In this document: in pieces, positions 16,259 through 22,316 of the stretch
Numbering within the stretch: position 1 is the first letter of the stretch
Layout of the letters: every line of letters starts with the position of its first letter
Origin: an uncultured archaeon
Lineage (GTDB): Archaea > Asgardarchaeota > Jordiarchaeia > Jordiarchaeales > Jordiarchaeaceae
Assembly (NCBI GenBank): GCA_964510585.1
Contig: CAZECW010000137.1
Span: 1 to 22,316 of the forward strand
DNA: 22,316 bases
Direction of reading: 5' to 3'
Made by a program: the position numbers and the translations under genes
The notes under the pieces: generated by a model
The model's input: the letters and a program-made list of their open reading frames with translations, nothing else
Databases searched by the model: none
What the model was told of the DNA's origin: nothing

Positions 16259-17071
16259 TTGCGATACGCTGTTAGACTGGCGTATATAGGTGAGAACTAT
16301 TCTGGTTTCCAGAAGCAACCCAATATGAAAACAGTCGAAGGCACAGTTATTGAAGCTCTAAAAAAAGTAGGATGGATCGAGGATGAAGAAAAAGCAAACT
16401 ACAATCATGCAGGACGCACGGACCAAGGTGTGAATGCTCTCAGCCAGACCATTGCCTTCAACACTTCAGAAAAAATTATTTTACCAGCCCTAAACAACAA
16501 TCTCCCCAAAGATATATGCTGCTGGGCTTATGCTCCTGTCGCCGAATACTTTGATCCACGCAGAGATGCTCTACTCCGTACATACAAGTACTATGCCATT
16601 TACGAAGGCGAAAATTTACGAATGATGAAGAAGGCGGCATCCCTACTTAAGGGGACGCACGACTTTAAAAACCTGTGCACCCCCAAACCAAATAGAAAAA
16701 CCATTAGGACTCTATTAGAATCAAAAATCGAAAAAAGAGGAGACCTACTCATTTTCACCTTCTCTTCCAAAGGATTTCTATGGAAAATGGTAAGAAAAAT
16801 GGTTACCGCCCTAAGGAAAATCGGTTCCGGCGAGAAAAACCTGGAATATTTGAAGGATTTGTTAAACCCGACTTATCAGCCTAGAGGAGGAGTTGCCCCC
16901 GCGGATCCAAGCGGGCTAATACTCTTTGATATAAAGTATCCCTTCGATTTTCTGGTAGATGAGGTCAGCAGAAAAATATTTTTAAAAACTTTGTATAAAA
17001 ACTACGTTCAAGAGAGGATAAAGGCCCAAATTTGTAAAGTCATAACGTTGGAGCTTGAAAAGATGCGCTAA
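16259..17071 (+). CDS. truA: tRNA pseudouridine(38-40) synthase TruA
   Basis: AYIGENYSGFQKQP, AGRTDQGVNA (catalytic Asp), GTHDF, FLWKMVR. TTG start. Confidence 0.95.
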   Translation: MRYAVRLAYIGENYSGFQKQPNMKTVEGTVIEALKKVGWIEDEEKANYNHAGRTDQGVNALSQTIAFNTSEKIILPALNNNLPKDICCWAYAPVAEYFDPRRDALLRTYKYYAIYEGENLRMMKKAASLLKGTHDFKNLCTPKPNRKTIRTLLESKIEKRGDLLIFTFSSKGFLWKMVRKMVTALRKIGSGEKNLEYLKDLLNPTYQPRGGVAPADPSGLILFDIKYPFDFLVDEVSRKIFLKTLYKNYVQERIKAQICKVITLELEKMR

Positions 17072-18330
17072 ACCTCACTCTTCAGTTCCTTCATTATCTT
17101 GTTGTACGTCTTCTTATCACCCGAAATTTCTTCAATTAATTCCTCTTCAAATTCAAAAAATCTGCATATTTTAGCTGCCCTCTTAGGGTCAGCCTGGAAA
17201 ATCACTTTCAAGTAGGGAAGATAATACTCTACTCCTCCCAAGGAGGAGGTGTGACACTTCGCCCCTATCTTGGCCCCAATGGATGATAATTTGTCGCGAA
17301 TGGATTTGGTTCTGCTCAGATTTCTAATCCAGATTGGAAACTGATATTTAACATAGCCTGGTCTGCTAACTTTTCTTGATAGAGAAACACCAGCTGACAT
17401 AAGCTCAAAAAAGTAAGAAAGCAAGCCCCAGTGCTGCCTATTTTTAATTCTGCCCAGAAACACGTCAGCTCTAGATATCATGTTATATGCCTCGCTTAAT
17501 TCTTTTGCATCGCTCATATGCTGCGAAATGTTTTCATTAATCCAGTGCATCATCATTTCGTAATCCACATCAGTGGAGGAAACCTCATCCACAATTGCTC
17601 GAGCATCATTTCCCCCAAAAATTTTAGCTAACACCTCAAATACGCTCTTCATTTTGTCTCGCGAATATACCTCTACATCTTCCACTGTTAATTCCACTTT
17701 GTTCTGGCCCATGGCTTGTAAATCGTTAATTGCTGCACGCAAGTCTCCCTCCGCATTGCTTGCTATAACTTCCAAAGCCTGTTCATCTACGCGAATCCCT
17801 TCCTGATCACATATTCTCCTAAGAATTTTTACAATGGTGGGAGTACGTATCTTGTTGAAGGACACCATTTCACAGTACTGTCGTAAGGATGAGAACTTTG
17901 GATCCCAAGGATTATTCGCGGTTAGCACAACAGGATACCCAGTATCCTTAATTACCGATATTATGGCTCCCACTCCTCCCCTGTCCTCGGCTCCACTCAG
18001 CCCATCCACCTCATCTATCAGCAACACCTTACCTTTTACCGGAAAAAGAGTGCTCATAGTTGATGCTGAGCCAACGGTGCGTTGGATCATCTCCAAGTTT
18101 CTCTTGTCGCTTGCATTCACTTCAACAACTTCCAAATCCAAATCTTTGGCTACAGCATAAACAGAAACAGTCTTACCATTACCGGGAGGGCCGTAGAGAA
18201 GTATAGCCTTCTTATCCCGATCTCTCCTCCAGCCCTTCAAAAAATTTAGCAACTGAGATACCGCCTGATCATTACCCACAACCTGTGATGTCTTTAGCGG
18301 CTTGTACTTCTCAGTCCAAGGTAAACTCAT
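17068..18330 (-). CDS. rfcL: Replication factor C large subunit
   Basis: PWTEKYKP, GPPGNGKT, EVNASD, IDEVDG, QHWGLLSY. Lies downstream of rfcS. Its stop overlaps the truA stop (17068-17071). Confidence 0.93.
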   Translation of the reverse strand: MSLPWTEKYKPLKTSQVVGNDQAVSQLLNFLKGWRRDRDKKAILLYGPPGNGKTVSVYAVAKDLDLEVVEVNASDKRNLEMIQRTVGSASTMSTLFPVKGKVLLIDEVDGLSGAEDRGGVGAIISVIKDTGYPVVLTANNPWDPKFSSLRQYCEMVSFNKIRTPTIVKILRRICDQEGIRVDEQALEVIASNAEGDLRAAINDLQAMGQNKVELTVEDVEVYSRDKMKSVFEVLAKIFGGNDARAIVDEVSSTDVDYEMMMHWINENISQHMSDAKELSEAYNMISRADVFLGRIKNRQHWGLLSYFFELMSAGVSLSRKVSRPGYVKYQFPIWIRNLSRTKSIRDKLSSIGAKIGAKCHTSSLGGVEYYLPYLKVIFQADPKRAAKICRFFEFEEELIEEISGDKKTYNKIMKELKSEV

Positions 18331-18344
18331 AAAATCACCATTAT

Positions 18345-19331
18345 TTATTTACCTTGAGTCTTCCCTAATTCTTGACCAACAAGGCTGAACTGAGCGAGTA
18401 GCGCGCTTAGCTGAATCTCCTCATGCGCCCCCTCGCTCATGCGGAAATCAATCTCTCCAACTATGTCTGCTATGCGTACCTTCCAAATTTCTGGGATATT
18501 AATGTTAAAGGTTTCCCTATGCACCTGCCTTACCACATCAATTCCCGATAGACCATAGTTTATCAAAAGCTCATGTAACTTTTTCCTAGCCTGCACAAAA
18601 TCGCCACTTAAGGCTAATTCCAACATCTGCCTAACCTCCTCGGGCCTCGCCTTACCAGTAACCTTGTAAACCGAGTCCGCGTCAACCGCTACGCCCAGAG
18701 CGGAGGCTGCCTGAAGGGTATTAATAGCTTTACGCAAATCTCCCTCAGAAACATACAAAACCGCCTCAACACCATCATCCTTAAGCTCTACCCCCTCATT
18801 TTTAGAGATGAATTTAAGCATACCAACAATGTCCTCTCTACTAAGGCGGGAGAAACGGAACAGGGCACACCTCGATTGTATAGGCTCAATTATCTTGCTT
18901 GAATAATTTACAATCAAAATAAAGCGACAAGTACGGGTATAGCGTTCCATGGTACGCCTTAGAGCCTGCTGCGCCTCTGACGTGAGGGCGTCAGCTTCAT
19001 CCAGAACAAGAATCTTAAAGGGTATGTCTCCAAGTGACATGGTTCTCGCAAAATCCTTTACCGTAGTTCTTATAACATCGATTCCCCTAGCATCGCTTGC
19101 ATTTAGTTCAAGAAAATTACCCTGGAAATATTCCCGGAATAAGTCATGAGCTAAACAAAGAGCTGCCGTAGTCTTACCTGTACCAGGGGGGCCTGCAAAT
19201 AGACAGTGAGGAAGATCCCTTTGAGCCACAAATCCTTCGAGGCGACTCACAATCTCCTTCTGATTAACTATTTCCTTCAAAGTTTTGGGCCTATATTTCT
19301 CAGTCCACATCTGAATTTCTTCACTCAACAT
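18345..19331 (-). CDS. rfcS: Replication factor C small subunit (no intein)
   Basis: WTEKYRP, GPPGTGKT, ELNASD, LDEAD, SRC motif IQSRC, EGDLRKAIN. Confidence 0.96.
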   Translation of the reverse strand: MLSEEIQMWTEKYRPKTLKEIVNQKEIVSRLEGFVAQRDLPHCLFAGPPGTGKTTAALCLAHDLFREYFQGNFLELNASDARGIDVIRTTVKDFARTMSLGDIPFKILVLDEADALTSEAQQALRRTMERYTRTCRFILIVNYSSKIIEPIQSRCALFRFSRLSREDIVGMLKFISKNEGVELKDDGVEAVLYVSEGDLRKAINTLQAASALGVAVDADSVYKVTGKARPEEVRQMLELALSGDFVQARKKLHELLINYGLSGIDVVRQVHRETFNINIPEIWKVRIADIVGEIDFRMSEGAHEEIQLSALLAQFSLVGQELGKTQGK

Positions 19332-19542
19332 TTACACCGCCTATCCTTAATGGTCACTTCACCATTCCCAGAGTTAACATTAACCCTCCAAACCAGAAAG
19401 AATAGTAAGGGTTCGATATACTGTGACATACTTAATTTTAAAAAACTTTGTATAAACTCTTCTCCCCCCAAAAATAAACCCGTATTAGGATTAAAGAAAA
19501 ACTTAAGCTCCAATCACAAATTGGACTATCTAGCCCTTTTCC

Positions 19543-19556
19543 TGAACATTTGTTCA
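19543..19556. promoter_or_regulatory. Palindrome TGAACA-TT-TGTTCA upstream of lrp; candidate operator
   Basis: Perfect 6-bp arms read directly, about 60 bp before the lrp start, in the rfcS/lrp divergent spacer. Confidence 0.45.
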
Positions 19557-19617
19557 CCATTTTTGGAAAAAATTAAATATATGATTACCAAAATTGCTAC
19601 AGGTGGTGCTATATCCT

Positions 19618-20061
19618 TTGTCCATAGACGAGATAGATAAGGCGATACTAAAAGAGATACTCAAAAACTCAAGACAGTCTCACAGAGAGATAGCCAAAAA
19701 AATCGGGGTATCCGTAGGAACAGTAGTCTCAAGAACCAAAAAAATGGAAGAAGAAGGAATAATCAAAGGATACACGGCGATTTTGGACCATGAAAAGCTG
19801 GGATACGACCTAACAGTGGTAACCGAAATCACGGTCTCTCAAGGCAAACTACTAGAAGTAGATAGAGAAATTTCCCAAAACCCCCACACAGTCGCAGTCT
19901 ACGACGTAACTGGAACCGTAGACGCAATCATCATTGCCAAATTTAAAAATAGGAATGAACTAAGCAACTTTACAAAAAACTTACTATCCATCCCCTACGT
20001 GGAAAGAACAAACACCCACGTAGTTCTAAACACCATAAAAGAAAACTTTGAACTACTATGA
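19618..20061 (+). CDS. Lrp/AsnC-family transcriptional regulator
   Basis: IDEIDKAILKEILKNSRQSHREIAKKIGVSVGTV, GIIKGY, YDVTGTVD, RTNTHVVL. Start moved to TTG 19618 (AGGTGG RBS). Confidence 0.93.
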   Translation: MSIDEIDKAILKEILKNSRQSHREIAKKIGVSVGTVVSRTKKMEEEGIIKGYTAILDHEKLGYDLTVVTEITVSQGKLLEVDREISQNPHTVAVYDVTGTVDAIIIAKFKNRNELSNFTKNLLSIPYVERTNTHVVLNTIKENFELL

Positions 20062-20096
20062 AGTATGGTTTTCCGCCTCTTGAAAATATATAGCTT

Positions 20097-20184
20097 CACA
20101 AAAATTTTGTGGTGCCTTAGGACGTTTGTAGTCTCTTTGTGGTGCGTGAGAAAAGGACTTTTTGAACCTCTTTCAAAAGAGGTT
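20097..20184. repeat. Cluster of perfect inverted repeats between lrp and glnA
   Basis: CACAAAA-A-TTTTGTG (20097-20111), AAAAG-GA-CTTTT (20151-20162), AACCTCTTT-CA-AAAGAGGTT (20165-20184). Confidence 0.6.
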
Positions 20185-20470
20185 ACCTTAAGATAGTGGT
20201 GGTTGGTTGTTTTCAGGTAAAAAATTAGAAGCACCATTTTTTATGTAAGCCGTTCCTTTTTCTAGGGACGCTGTGTCGTTTCTTACTCTTTTGTTGCCTT
20301 GAATGATTGTAAGTTTTGGTCTCAGAGCGCTGGGAGATTATTGGATATTTGTCTACTAAATTACACAAAAAATGAACATTTAAATACAAAAATAATAGAA
20401 ATATTTTTAAATATAAATGATTTTAATATATCACTCAACAAGTATACAAATATTTTAAAGAGGCGAGAGA

Positions 20471-21811
20471 ATGCAATCCAAAGAAGACCTAAAGCAACAA
20501 ATTATTGAAAAAGTAAAATCCAGTGGAATAAGTCTCATTACCCTACAATTCGTAGACATATTCGGCACCGCAAAAACCTGCGCAATACCCCCCAGACAAC
20601 TGGAAGAAGCCCTAGACAACGGCGTAGGCTTTGACGGCTCCTCAATCGAAGGATTCGCAAGAATCTACGAAAGTGACATGCGCCTAATTCCTGACCCCAC
20701 CTCCTTCACAATCCTATCCCCAAGGATAACAGACAAGAAGGTAGCTACAATTTTTTGCGACGTATATAGACCAGAGGGCAAACCATTCGAAGGAGACCCC
20801 CGATATGTTCTCAGAAGAAACCTAGAAGAAGCAAAGAAAATGGGCTTCACTTACTATGTGGGACCAGAACTAGAATTTTTCCTGTTCAAACAAACAGACG
20901 GAATAGAGCCAGTACCACAAGACCACGGAGGCTACTTCGACCTTGCACCCCTAGACTTAGCCTTTGAAGTTCGTGGAGAAGCTGCCGCAACCCTTGAAGA
21001 CATGGGCATAAATGTGGAAATGGGACACCACGAGGTAGCACCCGGGCAACACGAAATCGACTTCAAATATGGCGACGCTCTCCACATAGCAGACGCCGTG
21101 ATAACTTACAAATATGTATTAAAGGCCATCGCTAAGAAGCATAACCTTTTTGCATCCTTCATGCCCAAGCCACTCTTTGGGGTAAATGGTTCTGGAATGC
21201 ACGTTCACCAGAGTCTTTGGAATGGAAATAAAAACACCTTCTTTGATAAGGATGGAAAATATGGGCTTTCTGAGACCGCTCTCTACTTTATAGGCGGCCA
21301 GCTACAATACATTAAAGAAATAATTTCAGTTTTAGCACCTACAGTAAACTCCTACAAGAGACTAGTTCCCGGATATGAAGCCCCAGTATACATATGCTGG
21401 GGAAGAAGAAACAGGTCTGCCCTAATCCGAGTTCCAGAGTACTTCATTGGAAGAGAAAAATCCATCAGAGCTGAGCTCCGTTGCCCCGATTCTTCAACCA
21501 ACCCCTACCTAGCATTCTCAGTGATGCTCAAAGCAGGCATTGAGGGAATTAAGAACAAGATAGAGCCACCAAACCCTGTAGACGAAGACGTTTACGAATT
21601 CGACGACGCCCAACTAAAAGAGTTTTACATAGATCAACTCCCCGGGTCACTCGGCGAGGCAATAAACTTCACGGAAAAAAGCAAGCTAGCCAGAGAAGCA
21701 TTGGGAGATCACATTTTCTCAAGATTCATAGAGGGCAAGAAGAAAGAATGGAAAGAATTTTCAATGGCGGTAACCAGCTGGGAATGGCAAAGATACCTAC
21801 CCATACTCTGA
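20471..21811 (+). CDS. glnA: Glutamine synthetase type I (alpha-like)
   Basis: FDGSSIEGF, ESDM, DPRYVL, GPELEFF, HHEVAPGQHEI, FMPKP, NGSGMHVHQS, NSYKRLVPGYEAP, NRSALIRVP, ELRCPD, NPYLA. Confidence 0.97.
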   Translation: MQSKEDLKQQIIEKVKSSGISLITLQFVDIFGTAKTCAIPPRQLEEALDNGVGFDGSSIEGFARIYESDMRLIPDPTSFTILSPRITDKKVATIFCDVYRPEGKPFEGDPRYVLRRNLEEAKKMGFTYYVGPELEFFLFKQTDGIEPVPQDHGGYFDLAPLDLAFEVRGEAAATLEDMGINVEMGHHEVAPGQHEIDFKYGDALHIADAVITYKYVLKAIAKKHNLFASFMPKPLFGVNGSGMHVHQSLWNGNKNTFFDKDGKYGLSETALYFIGGQLQYIKEIISVLAPTVNSYKRLVPGYEAPVYICWGRRNRSALIRVPEYFIGREKSIRAELRCPDSSTNPYLAFSVMLKAGIEGIKNKIEPPNPVDEDVYEFDDAQLKEFYIDQLPGSLGEAINFTEKSKLAREALGDHIFSRFIEGKKKEWKEFSMAVTSWEWQRYLPIL

Positions 21812-21925
21812 TTAATCTTAGGAAGAAACAGTTTCACAGTGTTGGAGCCCCCTTTTTTTGGATACCGCAACACAAAATTTTCTAATCTAGAACCTCCCTG
21901 GCTGGGTTTTGATTTCCACTTAATA

Positions 21926-21959
21926 GGGGAGTGCCCGCCTCTGTGGCTTGGGCCTCCCC
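21926..21959. other. Strong GC-rich hairpin followed by a T-run (terminator or ncRNA element)
   Basis: GGGGAG-T-GCCC-GCC-TCTGT-GGC-TT-GGGC-CTCCCC, then GTCCTGTTTTT. Confidence 0.55.
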
Positions 21960-22203
21960 GTCCTGTTTTTAGAGTCTCTACCCAATTGGTAGCAAAAAGA
22001 TTATGGTTTAACGCATCGAGACGCGTTAAGCTTCGAAACCACTATCTACAGATAGTTTTCCTTTAAATTTTTACTGTTGCTAGCCTCAGGCATGATGTTC
22101 CCCCTTTGAATAATTTTTAGAGCAAATTTTTTGGTTCCAATAATTTTTGTATTAAAACCTCTATACAATCTGCTGTCTTTGACACTTGACTATGTTTATT
22201 TTA

Positions 22204-22278
22204 GGGGTTTCCCATTTAGAGGATAGTGGTCGGAAAAACCCTCCGTGGGGATTTTCGGGCGCCGATTTAGGCGACCCC
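22204..22278. other. GC-rich multi-hairpin segment of unknown nature
   Basis: GGGGT/ACCCC ends, inner GAAAA..CCC-TCCGT-GGG..TTTTC and CGCC-GATTTA-GGCG stems, bracketed by TTGACACTT direct repeats at 22179 and 22281. Confidence 0.4.
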
Positions 22279-22316
22279 CATTGACACTTCAATTTAAGGA
22301 GGGTAACCGCGCCACC

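Noticed and set aside
18345-19331. Intein in rfcS or rfcL
   Set aside because: Both are continuous and of normal length across the Walker A and SRC regions.
19325-19513. 62-aa ORF (or its 34-aa MSQYIEP... sub-ORF) upstream of rfcS
   Set aside because: It runs through the rfcS RBS and start and through promoter-like AT tracts, and has no recognisable domain. Most likely UTR or promoter sequence.
19995-20237. 80-aa minus-strand ORF overlapping the lrp 3' end
   Set aside because: It overlaps a well-supported gene, has no RBS or motif, and its composition mirrors the local skew.
267-20850. Numerous shadow ORFs of 60-170 aa antisense to or overlapping the called genes (e.g. 366-716, 741-1136, 4965-5471, 12825-13229, 19206-19640)
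   Set aside because: They overlap genes with clear family motifs and have no motifs or RBS of their own.
21839-22066. 75-aa ORF after glnA
   Set aside because: GTG start without RBS, Pro/Leu/Phe-rich sequence typical of a non-coding frame, and it spans the hairpin cluster.
22290-22316. tRNA, 5S rRNA, 16S 3' end or RNase P fragment at the right edge (GCGCCACC; minus strand GCGGTTACCCTCCTT)
   Set aside because: No T-loop, no 5S internal motifs, no GGATCACCTCC and no GAGGAA(A/G)(G/T)TCC; the resemblances are only a few bases long.
1-22316. CRISPR array, selenocysteine or pyrrolysine read-through
   Set aside because: No regularly spaced 24-40-bp repeats. All called genes end at positions expected for their families, with no conserved in-frame continuation after TGA or TAG.

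Overview
An archaeal chromosomal segment, judged from NurA/HerA, RIO2, RFC large and small subunits, an Sm-like protein, a His-type Thi4, a DUF460 protein and strong GGAGG/GGTGA ribosome-binding sites. The lineage cannot be fixed from sequence alone. It carries 20 mostly housekeeping genes: thi4, a stand-alone GcvH-like lipoyl carrier, nurA-herA, a COG1237-type metallo-beta-lactamase-fold protein, a small ArsR-type regulator, rio2, a DUF460 protein, an LSm protein, thiC, a Mo/W-cofactor cluster (moeA x2, moaB, moaC, divergent mobB-FeS fusion), truA, rfcL-rfcS, an Lrp/AsnC regulator and glnA. The left edge is the end of an IS200/IS605-family element with IS608-like left-end architecture. The last ~500 bp are non-coding and rich in hairpins. 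No tRNA, rRNA, CRISPR array or recognisable defence island was found, and no complete new system can be proven. The best leads are: (i) kb-scale domains of A/C versus G/T strand bias that ignore gene direction and flip inside genes; (ii) a Thi4 with an atypical Cys-His loop sharing a divergent promoter with an orphan lipoyl-carrier protein; (iii) a DUF460 protein with two RNase H-like acidic motif sets next to rio2; (iv) the structured terminal non-coding region; (v) several small motif anomalies (MobB P-loop, RfcL without a PIP box, LSm charged tail, shared palindromes).
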